This document shows, one piece after another, positions 9,220 to 18,988 of a stretch of DNA of 64,000 nt (the stretch's first letter is position 1; every line of letters starts with the position of its first letter). Source of the stretch: Oligoflexales bacterium. GTDB lineage: Bacteria > Bdellovibrionota_B > Oligoflexia > Oligoflexales > CAIYRB01. A program made the position numbers and the translations under genes. The DNA lies in assembly GCA_041736175.1 (NCBI GenBank), contig JBGSUI010000067.1, forward strand, positions 15,731 through 79,730, written 5' to 3'. The notes below the pieces were generated by a model. The model ran no database searches. It was not told the DNA's origin and saw only the letters and a list, made by a program, of their open reading frames with translations.

Positions 9220-11580
9220 TCACGACTTTAGAGCGGTCGTTGAATATCCATTGCCGCTGATACTGACCCAACTGCTCTGACTACCCACCTGGATAGGAGC
9301 AGACCGGTTGTTGGTGTCCCCCACCCCAAGCTGGCCGCTAGAGTTACTTCCAAAAGCCCAGAGAGTCCCGTCAGTTCTTCTTCCAAGGATATACCATGAT
9401 CCTACCGCCAGCTCAGCCCAGGTGCTTAAACTCCCAACCTGGACAGGGCTTGAACGTCTAGTAGTGTCCCCCAACCCCAGCTGGCCCATTTGGTTATCCC
9501 CAAAAGCCCAAAGAGTCCCGTCAGTTCTTCTGCCAAGAGTATGGATGATTCCTACAGCCACCTCAGCCCAGCTGCTTAAACTACCCACCTGGACGGGGCT
9601 TGAGCGGTTAGCCGTGTCCCCCACCCCAAGCTGACCCACATCGTTAAGTCCAAAGGCCCAGAGAGTTCCGTCAGTTCTTCTGCCAAGACTATGATCGCCC
9701 ACCGCCACCACAGCCCAGCTGCTTAAATTTCCGACCTGGACGGGGCTTGAGCGTTTTGTCCTGTCCCCCAACCCGAGCTGGCCGTAAGAGTTTTTCCCAA
9801 AAGCCCACAGAGTCCCGTCGGAGCGCCTACCAAGGGTATGCCAGGGTCCCACCGCCACCTCAGTCCAGCTGCTTAAACTACCCACCTGGACGGGGCTTGA
9901 GCGGTAAACCGTGTTCCCCACCCCAAGCTGGCCGTAAGAGTTATTCCCAAAAGCCCACAGAGTCCCGTCGGTTCTTCTCCCAAGGGTATGGGTTCCCCCC
10001 GCCATCGTGGCCCAGCTGCTTAAACTCCCAACCTGGACAGGGCTTGAGCGTCTAGTAGTGTCCCCCAACCCCAGCTGGCCCATTTGGTTATCCCCAAAAG
10101 CCCAAAGAGTCCCATCAGTTCTTCTGCCAAGAGTATGGAAGATTCCTCCAGCCACCTCAGCCCAGCTGCTTAAATTTCCCACTTGGACGGGGCTTGAGCG
10201 ATTGGTCACGTCCCCCACCCCAAGCTGGCCGTAAGAGTTATCCCCAAAAACCCACAAAGTGAACTTCGTCGGTCCGGTGCGGGCGATTGTGTGGTGGCCT
10301 TTCCCCATCACTTCCACCCAAGAGCTTAAGGTCCCCACCTGTACGGGGCTACTGCGATTTGTTGTGTCCCCTATGCCCAGCTGGCCGACATTGTTCCATC
10401 CAAAAGTCCACAGGGTGCCATCTGTGCGGCGCGCTGCGGTTTTGTTTGCTCCGCCCGCTACTTCAGTCCAAGAGCTTAAACTCCCAACCTGCACGGGGCT
10501 ACTGCGGCTTGCCGCATCGCCCAGGCCCAGTTGGCCCGAATTGTTATAGCCAACAGTCCATAGGGTGCCGTCGGTGCGGCGCGCAACGAAGTGCCAGATG
10601 CCCCCCGCTACCTCACTCCAGGAGCTTAAAGTGCCTACCTGAACGGGGCTACTGCGATTTGCCTGGTCCCCCAGGCCCAGCTGCCCATAAGTAGAGTTTT
10701 GGCCAAAAGCCCATAAGGTGCCGTCTGTGCGGCGCGCAATGGTGTGGTTGGCTCCTCCCGCTACCTCCGTCCAAGAGCTTAAAGTCCCCACCTGCACCGG
10801 GCTACTGCGGCCTACCGTGCTGACTAGGCCCAGCTGTCCGTAAAAATTGTCGCCAAAGGTCCATAGGGTGCCGTCGGTGCGGCGGGCTATAGTGTGCTGG
10901 AATCCCCCCGCCAACTCACACCAGGAGCTTAACGACCCCACCTGCACGGGGCTACTGCGGTTTGCAACGTCCCCTAGGCCCAGCTGGCCAGCACTGTTAC
11001 TACCAAAAGCCCATAGGGTGCCGTCACTGCGGAGATTAACGGTGTGGGTATAACCCGCCGCCAGCTCACTCCATGAGCTTAACGACCCCACCTGCACGGG
11101 GCTACTACGCCCATTCAGGTCGCCTAATCCTAGCTGGCCATAAGAGTTTTGGCCAAAAGCCCATAGTGTGCCGTCTGTGCGGCGCGCAACGGTGTGGTTG
11201 TTTCCCCCCGCCACCTCACTCCAAGAGCTTAAAGAGCCCACCTGCACGGGGCTACTGCGATTTGCCGTATCGCCAAGACCCAGCTGGCCGGCATAGTTTT
11301 GCCCAAAAGCCCACAGTCCATAAACTTCTGATGGTTGAGTCTGTTTCTTTTTCATAAACATCGCCATATTGCCAAAACCCAGCCCCTGATCCCCCTCCAG
11401 CGCCAGCCATGACCCTAAAGCCACCTTGGGCAAGGTGCCGATCAGCTCGCGACGCGAGAGGGTATCGGGTTCTTGGGGCTTATCAGCAGCTTCGGGGGGG
11501 GGGGGGGGGAGTGTCGGGGAGAGCCTCCTTTTCTGGAGCTTCAGCAACGGTTTGCGTAGGGAGAGCAACTTTGCGGTCAT
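9220..11580 (-). CDS. RCC1-repeat protein, 14 repeats (two 7-bladed propellers), Tat-like signal
   Basis: 14 copies of LWxFGxNxxGQLGxGD...RSSPVQVG; SRRELI motif near the N-terminus. Confidence 0.9.
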   Translation of the reverse strand: MTAKLLSLRKPLLKLQKRRLSPTLPPPPPEAADKPQEPDTLSRRELIGTLPKVALGSWLALEGDQGLGFGNMAMFMKKKQTQPSEVYGLWAFGQNYAGQLGLGDTANRSSPVQVGSLSSWSEVAGGNNHTVARRTDGTLWAFGQNSYGQLGLGDLNGRSSPVQVGSLSSWSELAAGYTHTVNLRSDGTLWAFGSNSAGQLGLGDVANRSSPVQVGSLSSWCELAGGFQHTIARRTDGTLWTFGDNFYGQLGLVSTVGRSSPVQVGTLSSWTEVAGGANHTIARRTDGTLWAFGQNSTYGQLGLGDQANRSSPVQVGTLSSWSEVAGGIWHFVARRTDGTLWTVGYNNSGQLGLGDAASRSSPVQVGSLSSWTEVAGGANKTAARRTDGTLWTFGWNNVGQLGIGDTTNRSSPVQVGTLSSWVEVMGKGHHTIARTGPTKFTLWVFGDNSYGQLGVGDVTNRSSPVQVGNLSSWAEVAGGIFHTLGRRTDGTLWAFGDNQMGQLGLGDTTRRSSPVQVGSLSSWATMAGGTHTLGRRTDGTLWAFGNNSYGQLGVGNTVYRSSPVQVGSLSSWTEVAVGPWHTLGRRSDGTLWAFGKNSYGQLGLGDRTKRSSPVQVGNLSSWAVVAVGDHSLGRRTDGTLWAFGLNDVGQLGVGDTANRSSPVQVGSLSSWAEVAVGIIHTLGRRTDGTLWAFGDNQMGQLGLGDTTRRSSPVQVGSLSTWAELAVGSWYILGRRTDGTLWAFGSNSSGQLGVGDTNNRSAPIQVGSQSSWVSISGNGYSTTALKS
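11494..11509 (+). repeat. G16 homopolymer (C16 on the coding strand) in the 5' part of the RCC1 gene
   Basis: Counted directly; encodes LPPPPP. Confidence 0.9.
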
Positions 11581-11804
11581 CGGCCATAAAAGTTTCCTTT
11601 TTTTGAAAGTTTAGAAATGATTTTTTGATTGTATCAGCCACCTACAAGACCTGTCAAAAAAAAGACCGGTCACACCATTGCTGAATTTTGAGTGCCGACT
11701 ATGATCTTCACTTTTCACTAACATTAATCTCTCGACTGTCTCAGTTTTAGACATCAAAATCGGCAATCGAGCTAAAAAACCAAATATTTTCATTTTATAT
11801 TTGA

Positions 11805-11820
11805 TGGCCCCTAAATTGCA
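11805..11820 (+). promoter_or_regulatory. Sigma54 -24/-12 promoter candidate
   Basis: TGGCCCCTAAATTGCA (GG-N10-GC), 70 nt before ATG 11890. Confidence 0.6.
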
Positions 11821-11889
11821 GAGTCCTAGCAATCTAGAACTGATTCCGAGGTTTTTTGGGGAAAAATACTATTTTGTTGAGGCTTAATC

Positions 11890-13368
11890 ATGCAAAAACT
11901 GCGTACTATTCTTGATAAAAACATCAATCGATTTATAAGTATACTAACAATTGGTCTGATCCTTGCTCGTTGTCATCCCCAACAAAGATCGGAGTTGCAA
12001 GGTAACCCATGCCTCGATGTCAGATCTGAGAGTCATGGGGCCAAATTTGTTTCGCCACATAAGAGTGCCAACTTTAGGGGGAAAATCGCCCGATCGTTAC
12101 AAGAAAGTAAGAACTATCCTCAGCTTGTTGAGAAAGTTCTAGAAGCTGGCAATCAAGTTCCCGGAATCTCTTCCGTTGAAACCCATCGGCTCATCCTAGG
12201 TGCCGTACTAGACACTCCCTGCGGTGGCGATACCACATGCCAAAAGCTCTTACCACCAGGCAAGATCAATCGGCTTATGGATGACGCTTATAAGCTAGCA
12301 GGATCGAGACCGTCGGCAGGGCGGGGTAATTTTAAACCTGTTGGCTCACCTGAACAGGAGGGCACCAAGTCAAGAGCTCATAACAATCCAAAAGAAACCT
12401 GTGGCACTCTGTTAAGCTCTCTATCACTCCGCGATAACGGAGATTATAAAACAGTATCGCCCTTACAGACCTCATCTCCCTCTTTCGATTACAGCCATAA
12501 TGGTCATAAGTTAAACCAGGGGTACACGGGATTTTGCCATGTATTTTCGTTGTTAGAACTACTTCGACATCATCCAGCGATTAAGGTAGCCAAAAACATT
12601 GATGCCATTCGCTTTATTGCGGAGATTTGGGCCAACCAATATGGAGAAAACATCGAGAAGGCCATCCAAGCAGAGAGTGATTTTCTTATGCAACTAGGTG
12701 GAAGATTCTCCGGAGAGCTTGCGCGAAACATGCACTTTAAAACAGCTGATGCTAAAACGAAAAAACAGATTTTAGATAAAATCTTAGAGGAAAAGAAAGA
12801 CTGGGTCATTGAATTTCAAACGGGGTATGCCGAAAAGGACTTCGAGTACCTTAAGAATCACGGAGCCCCGCTGCAAACAAACGAACTTCGCAAGATATCA
12901 ATCAATGATCTGGGAGAAATATCTAAAAAAATAGCTAGAGCGCGGCGTGCACACATTGACAATGTCATCAACGGTGGCGGTTATGATATCCAAGATAATA
13001 TTAAAGCGGCTGTTTCTGAAGCTATCGTATCGATATTCAAAATAAGAGATGAGAATCATTTAGCGAAATCGAGCGCTGAACACCGCGCCAGAGTCAAAGA
13101 GGAGCTTAGTAAATTTGATGCTTTAAAAGTCAATAAAAGTAATCATTATTTGGAAAATCAAAGCAAATTCTTGCGCGATTTGCAGCGAAAACAACCAATG
13201 TCTATTGGATTATCAAGTCATGCGATCACTCTCGTGGGATATGACTCTACAAGACAAGTTTTTAAATTGCGCGATTCAAATTATGATGTGTATGAATATC
13301 TCGAGGTCAAACCCGATGAAATTTTACAAAATATCGAAAGCCACTTTTTGCTAGTGCCTAAACCATAA
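11890..13368 (+). CDS. Putative exported papain-like (C1-type) cysteine peptidase, possible lipoprotein
   Basis: NQGYTGFCHVFS (Gln/Cys), HAITLVGYD (His), LRDSN; N-terminal hydrophobic stretch ending LILARC. Confidence 0.7.
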   Translation: MQKLRTILDKNINRFISILTIGLILARCHPQQRSELQGNPCLDVRSESHGAKFVSPHKSANFRGKIARSLQESKNYPQLVEKVLEAGNQVPGISSVETHRLILGAVLDTPCGGDTTCQKLLPPGKINRLMDDAYKLAGSRPSAGRGNFKPVGSPEQEGTKSRAHNNPKETCGTLLSSLSLRDNGDYKTVSPLQTSSPSFDYSHNGHKLNQGYTGFCHVFSLLELLRHHPAIKVAKNIDAIRFIAEIWANQYGENIEKAIQAESDFLMQLGGRFSGELARNMHFKTADAKTKKQILDKILEEKKDWVIEFQTGYAEKDFEYLKNHGAPLQTNELRKISINDLGEISKKIARARRAHIDNVINGGGYDIQDNIKAAVSEAIVSIFKIRDENHLAKSSAEHRARVKEELSKFDALKVNKSNHYLENQSKFLRDLQRKQPMSIGLSSHAITLVGYDSTRQVFKLRDSNYDVYEYLEVKPDEILQNIESHFLLVPKP

Positions 13369-13436
13369 CTCTATCGAATCCCTGAGGCTCCAATACTCTA
13401 CCTATAGATGTTTTCCTCGCCTAATGGTGCGGCCAT

Positions 13437-14684
13437 TTAAAGCACCTTTAAGAGAAGTCCCTTGAGGTAGTGGGACTCGGGAAACGATAGCAGCACTGGA
13501 TGGTCCTCCCCTTGGTTAAACCAACGGCTGATTTGTGCGTCCCGTCTTGCATCGGTGCTTGCACCAAACACAATCTTTTGAAAAAGATCGGGGTTTATAT
13601 GGCCTGAACAGGAAAAAGTGGCTAAGAATCCGCCGGGGGCTACGAGTTTGAGTCCCCAAAGATTGAGATCTTTATAACCTCGGGCAGCTTTGGGGATATG
13701 GGACTCCTTAGCCGCAAATTTGGGGGGATCGAGGATCACCAGGTCGAATCGCTCGTTGTCGGCATCGAGTTGTCTTAGGACTTTAAAGGCATCCCCTTGG
13801 ATTTGGGTCCAAGCATCGGCCTGCGGCGCATCACCAAAGTTACGGCTGATATTGAGCCTTAGCCGCTCCAGGGCGGTCGCGCTCTGGTCGATGCTCACCA
13901 CCTGCCGGGCTCCACCCGCGATCGCAGCGAGGGTAAATCCACCCGTATAGCTACAACAATCCAAGACCCTGAGGCCTTTTGCCATCTCTCCTATAAACTG
14001 CCGGTTGTCTCTCTGGTCATGATAAGAGCCTGTTTTTTGGCCATCCAGGAGATCCACGGCGAGTTTGATGCCGTTTTCAAGAAAGGTCACCGGCTCGGTC
14101 GGGGGGGATTTACCAGGAGCCAGTCTCCGCACCAGGACCTTTTGCTCAAGACCTTCGAGGAGGCGCATGGCATCATCGCTCCGTTCCATAAGCCCTTCCA
14201 GCCTAAAGTCTGGATCAAAAGCCTCGCGGATCAGGGACTCGGTGAGATCCCACAGGGGGTCCAGGAGTTCGCTCGCCAGTCGGTCCATCCCCGCCGTAAG
14301 CACCTGGACCACAAGCCATGAACCATATAGGTCGACGATAAGGCCGGGAAGCTGGTCCGACTCGCTCATCACCAGACGGCATCCCGTGGTGGCTCCGGCC
14401 TTTTGTTTGAGGAGCGAAGCTCTGCGGCCCAAGGCGCTTTCGAGCCTCTTGTGCCAAAACCCCCGGTCTAGGTCCTCGGCAGGGTTAAAGGTGAGGACTC
14501 GTCCGCAAAGGTTGGTCTTAGGGTTATAGTAACCTCTACCGAGACGCTCCCCTTTGTGGCTTACAAAATCCACCAAGGATCCTGGGTCGACCTTAAGGGG
14601 GTGGCTAAGGGCCCCCGAGAAGATCCAAGGATGATGCTGTTTGAGAGGCTTTTCGCGGCCGGGTTTTAAAATCGCATTCGTCAT
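13437..14684 (-). CDS. rlmI: RlmI-family class I SAM-dependent rRNA methyltransferase
   Basis: HPWIFSG PUA domain, ESDQLPGLIVD, GQKTG, DQRDNR, SYTGGF, LDPPKF, FSCSG, YLKG. Confidence 0.9.
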   Translation of the reverse strand: MTNAILKPGREKPLKQHHPWIFSGALSHPLKVDPGSLVDFVSHKGERLGRGYYNPKTNLCGRVLTFNPAEDLDRGFWHKRLESALGRRASLLKQKAGATTGCRLVMSESDQLPGLIVDLYGSWLVVQVLTAGMDRLASELLDPLWDLTESLIREAFDPDFRLEGLMERSDDAMRLLEGLEQKVLVRRLAPGKSPPTEPVTFLENGIKLAVDLLDGQKTGSYHDQRDNRQFIGEMAKGLRVLDCCSYTGGFTLAAIAGGARQVVSIDQSATALERLRLNISRNFGDAPQADAWTQIQGDAFKVLRQLDADNERFDLVILDPPKFAAKESHIPKAARGYKDLNLWGLKLVAPGGFLATFSCSGHINPDLFQKIVFGASTDARRDAQISRWFNQGEDHPVLLSFPESHYLKGLLLKVL

Positions 14685-14849
14685 AGGATTTGCTCTCTAA
14701 CACATAATTGTCAAAGTGCCATACTTTATTTGTAACATCCGAATCATAAATCAAAAAATATATATGAACTCAATCCTTTACGGGGATTATCCGATCCCCC
14801 CTTTGAGGGAATCCCTGAGGAGCCCCCCTCCAAGGAAAGGTTTGGACCG

Positions 14850-15593
14850 ATGCAGCACGCCGTACATTCTGTGATGGTGACCCGAGGAGCCATGATCAAA
14901 TGGTCATTAATGGCTTTTATCGCGGGAAGCATCAACGCTGGAGGTTTTATGGCTTGCCAGCGTTTTGTCAGCCACGTGACGGGATTTGCCACCCTTTTTG
15001 GGGTGGGAGTGGCGACCCAGGATATGGTGGGAGCCCTGAGTATGCTCAGTGTCCCAGGGTTTTTTCTTGTGGGAGCGATGGTGTCCGCCTACTTTACCGA
15101 TGCCCGGCTACTACGGGGGCGTCGTGCCCGTTTTGGGCTGGTCATGGTGCTCGTAGCTCTTCTACTTCTGCTAGCCGCGATCCTTGGGCATTTCCAGATC
15201 TTTGGACAGTTTGGTCGCGACTATCAGGAAGACCAGGATTTTATCCTCCTAAGCCTACTCTGTGGAGCCTCGGGACTGCAAAATGCCGCTGTCACCACGG
15301 GCTCACGTTCGCTTATGCGCGCAACCCATCTCACGGGTATGACCACGGACTTAGGGATCGGCATCGTGCGGGTCCTCTTTGGGAGCGATGACCGGACAGT
15401 GCGGCTTGCTGAGTTCTATGTGATGTTTGTTCGTATGTGCATCGTCCTGGCTTTTTGTTTTGGCAGTGTTATAGGTGCATTTTTGTTTATATCCTATGGT
15501 TACCTGGGATTTCTGATGCCTACTTTTCTAGCTCTAGTCTGCGGAGCTTTGGGATTTTGGATTTTCGTCTATCACTTAGATGCGTCCCGTTGA
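14850..15593 (+). CDS. YoaK/DUF1275 family membrane protein
   Basis: AGSINAGGF, FVSHVTG, GLQNA, THLTGMTTDLG. Confidence 0.88.
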   Translation: MQHAVHSVMVTRGAMIKWSLMAFIAGSINAGGFMACQRFVSHVTGFATLFGVGVATQDMVGALSMLSVPGFFLVGAMVSAYFTDARLLRGRRARFGLVMVLVALLLLLAAILGHFQIFGQFGRDYQEDQDFILLSLLCGASGLQNAAVTTGSRSLMRATHLTGMTTDLGIGIVRVLFGSDDRTVRLAEFYVMFVRMCIVLAFCFGSVIGAFLFISYGYLGFLMPTFLALVCGALGFWIFVYHLDASR

Positions 15594-15889
15594 TTGCGGC
15601 TATAGACGAGTCTTAAATGGGTGGAGGCTTCCGCAGCTGGTGTGACAAGCTTGTTAAGGGCCTGGTCTTTTTCCTCGCGAGCTTGGATTTTTTGGGACCT
15701 TAGGGCGTCTTTTTGCTCCTTAGCTTTGGTCTTGCGTTTAGCTTTTTGGGCTTGGTAGATTTCGTGACGACGCTGCTTTTGCTCCTCCTTTTGTTTGATA
15801 TAGGCGGGACTTGCTTTAAATTCCTCTTTTTTCTTCTTATAGATCTCTTTTAGAGTCATAAAGCGGGGGTCTTTATCTTTGTTTTCCAT
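15572..15889 (-). CDS. Hypothetical basic coiled-coil protein
   Basis: K/E/Q-rich ORF; SD GGAG before ATG 15889. Confidence 0.6.
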   Translation of the reverse strand: MENKDKDPRFMTLKEIYKKKKEEFKASPAYIKQKEEQKQRRHEIYQAQKAKRKTKAKEQKDALRSQKIQAREEKDQALNKLVTPAAEASTHLRLVYSRNQRDASK

Positions 15890-16045
15890 AGTGGAGTCTC
15901 CCTTCGGGTCCTTGAGTGCCAGCGTCGTTTTTGGCGCCTGGGCCATGGTGGCCTAAAAGGTTCCCATTGTCCATCGAGACCGTTTTATGATCTACTGCCG
16001 CGATGCGACCTGGGATAGGTCGTTAAAACGATAAGGATTGAGCCG

Positions 16046-17677
16046 ATGAGTTCCCCCCGGATTCCAGAAATTAAATGGGAAGAAGACTCCACCACCGATG
16101 ATCAAGACTTGTTTGGCGACACAACCAAGTCTGCCCTGGTCGAAGAACCCGAAGCCCCGGTGGACCCTCGTGAGTTTGAAAGCCTTTTGGCAGCAGAAAA
16201 AGCAAGTGGGTATAGGGCTCCGGCGATCTTTGTGGGTCAAAAGATCAAGGGCAAAATCTTGCTCATCCATCCTGAGCGGCAAGATGTGATGGTGGACTTA
16301 GGGGGCGGCAAGCTGACGGGTGTCATCGAAAAACCCGAGCTGATCGACGAAAAAACCGGCGAGTTGATCGTCAAGGTCGGAGATCCCATCGAGGCCTTTG
16401 TCGTTTCGAAACAGGGTGACGAAGTCCTCCTTAGCTACCGCATGAATGCTGCACTCAAGTCCCTTGAGGACCTGGGGATGGCCCAAGCTAAAAAAATCCC
16501 CGTCAAAGGGAAAGTCCTCAAGCTGATCAAAGGGGGATTCGAAGTCGCGGTTTTTGGCAAAGTCGGGTTTTGTCCCATCTCCAAAATCGATGCGCGGTTT
16601 GTAGAGGGTGGTCAGGAATATATCGGCCAAGATCTGGAGTTTTTGATCGAGAAGGTCGAGGGAAAGGGGCGCAACATCGTGCTCAATCGATCGGCACTGC
16701 TTAAGAAGCTGGCCGAAGAAAAAACCAAGGCCTTGGTGGCCTCCCTTAAGGAAGACCCAGAGCGGATCTGGACGGGTACCGTGACGGAGCTGAGGGATTT
16801 TGGTGCCTTTGTGGATCTCGGTGGGGTCGATGGATTGGTGCATATCTCGGAGCTGTCCCACGGGCGCGTCCAAAAAGCCGGTGATGCGGTCAACAAAGGC
16901 GCGTCGGTCAAAGTCAAAGTCCTAAAGATCGACCACGATGCCCAAGGCCGACCTAAAATCAGCCTCAGTATGAAGGCGACCTCCCAAGACCCCTGGGAGG
17001 AGATCGATAGCCTGGTGTCCGCCGGAAAGACCTATCCTGGCACCGTTGTAAACCTAATGCCTTTTGGTGCTTTTATAGAGATCGTACCAGGGATCGAAGG
17101 GTTGATTCACGTCACGGAAATGTCCTGGACAAAACGTATTCATCATCCGTCGGATATCTTAAAGCTAGGCGACAAAGTCAATGTCCTGGTGAAGGATGTG
17201 GATAAGGGCCATCGGCGGATTGCCCTTACGATGAAATCCGTGGAAGACGATCCATGGCACGGAGTGGATGCTCTCGTAGGGACGACGGTGGAGGCAACGG
17301 TTGAGCGTCTAAAACCCTTTGGGGCGATTGTGACCCTAAAGGATGGTTTGTCAGGTTTAATCCCACTCACGGCTTTGAAAAAGCGATTTGGGGAAGCCTA
17401 CAAACAGCCTGCGACACCTGGAAAACCTTTGGAGGTCAAAGTCCAGCAGGTGGATCACGAGAATCGAAAAATCCTCTTAACCCTTGCGGGCCTCGAAGAC
17501 GAGAACAGCGATGATGCACACTATTTGGCTTATCTAGCGGCAGAAAAAGCCCAAAAGGAAGCCTTGGCCGCTAAGGCGACCGCCTCGGCTCCAGGAGAGG
17601 CCGGCGGTGGGGCAAAACCATCGGGAAGCTTTGGAGCACTTTTAGGTGCCAAACTAGCGCAAAAAAATAGCAAGTAA
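16046..17677 (+). CDS. Multi-S1-domain RNA-binding protein (RpsA-like, about 5 S1 repeats)
   Basis: FGAFVDLGGVDGLVHISEL, FGAFIEIVPGIEGLIHVTEMSW and DPW linkers. Confidence 0.88.
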   Translation: MSSPRIPEIKWEEDSTTDDQDLFGDTTKSALVEEPEAPVDPREFESLLAAEKASGYRAPAIFVGQKIKGKILLIHPERQDVMVDLGGGKLTGVIEKPELIDEKTGELIVKVGDPIEAFVVSKQGDEVLLSYRMNAALKSLEDLGMAQAKKIPVKGKVLKLIKGGFEVAVFGKVGFCPISKIDARFVEGGQEYIGQDLEFLIEKVEGKGRNIVLNRSALLKKLAEEKTKALVASLKEDPERIWTGTVTELRDFGAFVDLGGVDGLVHISELSHGRVQKAGDAVNKGASVKVKVLKIDHDAQGRPKISLSMKATSQDPWEEIDSLVSAGKTYPGTVVNLMPFGAFIEIVPGIEGLIHVTEMSWTKRIHHPSDILKLGDKVNVLVKDVDKGHRRIALTMKSVEDDPWHGVDALVGTTVEATVERLKPFGAIVTLKDGLSGLIPLTALKKRFGEAYKQPATPGKPLEVKVQQVDHENRKILLTLAGLEDENSDDAHYLAYLAAEKAQKEALAAKATASAPGEAGGGAKPSGSFGALLGAKLAQKNSK

Positions 17678-17733
17678 CTGGTCTGTGGTAGATAATAGCC
17701 CATCAGAGATTTTTAAACTCGGGAGGGCGTCCT

Positions 17734-18534
17734 ATGGGTCAGGTAAAGTTATTGAGAGGGTCCGTCAAATCTTTAATGTCGCGCTTGGTTTTGTTGGTAG
17801 GATGGGCTGTTGCTAGTTCAGCAGCCATAGCTTATGGAGCCGATCCTGCCAAATCCACGGCTTCGTCGACCGCTCCAGGTACCGCGACCAGCCAAGGGAC
17901 CAGCGCAGCGACCTCGGGTGGCAAGGACCGGGGGAGCGAGGGAGCGGTCAAGGCAGAACTCCCGGCTAAGCCGGGTGCCAAAACCGAAGCCGCGGTCAAG
18001 CCATCCAGTGGGGGAGGAGGCACCCTAGTGGAGATTAAGACCACGGAGGGGGTCATCAAGGTCGAGCTTGCAGATAAAGAGGCGCCCATTACGGTCAAAA
18101 ACTTTTTAGCTTACGTGGACGATAAGTTTTACGACGGCCTGGTGTTTCACCGGGTGATTAAAGATTTTATGATCCAAGGGGGCGGCTACTCGATGGTGAA
18201 TGATAAATTGGTGGAAAAACCCACCAAAGCTCCTATCGCCAACGAAGCAAAAAATGGGCTTAAAAACATCAGAGGGTCCATCGCGATGGCGCGAACCCAG
18301 GACCCTAACAGCGCCACCGCTCAGTTTTTTATCAACCATGTCAACAACAATAATCTTGATTACCCAAGCTTTGACGGCCACGGCTATGCTGTCTTTGGCA
18401 AGGTGACTGTGGGGCTCGATGTGGTGGATAAAATAGCGTCTGTTAAGACTGGGGTTAAAGGGGGGATGCCTGATGTCCCTCTCACCGATGTTAAAATCCT
18501 ATCGATCCAGTTGCTCAAACCAGCGAGCCACTAA
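17734..18534 (+). CDS. Exported cyclophilin-type peptidyl-prolyl isomerase
   Basis: FHRVIKDFMIQGGG, IAMART, SATAQFFIN, GYAVFGKV; signal peptide and low-complexity linker. Confidence 0.93.
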   Translation: MGQVKLLRGSVKSLMSRLVLLVGWAVASSAAIAYGADPAKSTASSTAPGTATSQGTSAATSGGKDRGSEGAVKAELPAKPGAKTEAAVKPSSGGGGTLVEIKTTEGVIKVELADKEAPITVKNFLAYVDDKFYDGLVFHRVIKDFMIQGGGYSMVNDKLVEKPTKAPIANEAKNGLKNIRGSIAMARTQDPNSATAQFFINHVNNNNLDYPSFDGHGYAVFGKVTVGLDVVDKIASVKTGVKGGMPDVPLTDVKILSIQLLKPASH

Positions 18535-18551
18535 AGCACCTGTTTTTTCTA

Positions 18552-18601
18552 AAAAAAAAGCGCCCTGCTGGTGAGATTTAGAGTCAACAGGAGCTTTTTT
18601 T
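18552..18601 (+). terminator. Probable terminator
   Basis: AAAAAAGCGCCCTG...CAGGAGCTTTTTT imperfect stem with T run. Confidence 0.5.
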
Positions 18602-18988
18602 ATGTAACCATTTGACAATCAATGGATATTTTGCGGTTTTTAAAACATTTTTTGATGTCTACTGAAAATCGTTTTTTCTGCCCCCTTAAATCCCCCGTAG
18701 TGTCTGGATGATAAGTGCGGTGTATCCCAACGGCCTTAAGATGTTCGACCATGCCACCGACATTGGTCTTTAGTAGGTTTTGCTGCAAAAAACAAACTCA
18801 ATAGCAAAGCTCATGGAGGATTTTTATGTTAAGGAACCGGACAAAAACCAAAATTCTTGTATATCAGGGACTTACCACACCCATTAAAGGGTTCTTTTGA
18901 CTTTAACGTTGAGAATCGTTAAAACAAGATAAGTCTAAAATCAAATTCTTACTTTTTTAAACACATAAAATAAGAGAGGACAAATGCC

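Noticed and set aside
9240..11320. Regular ~150-nt repeats resembling an array or DGR template/variable repeats
   Set aside because: They are in-frame RCC1 coding repeats. There are no spacers, cas genes or reverse transcriptase, and the differences are not clearly adenine-specific.
16046..17677. RpsA-like gene with about 5 S1 domains outside a ribosomal context
   Set aside because: S1-repeat paralogues are common in this group; not assigned as rpsA and not novel.
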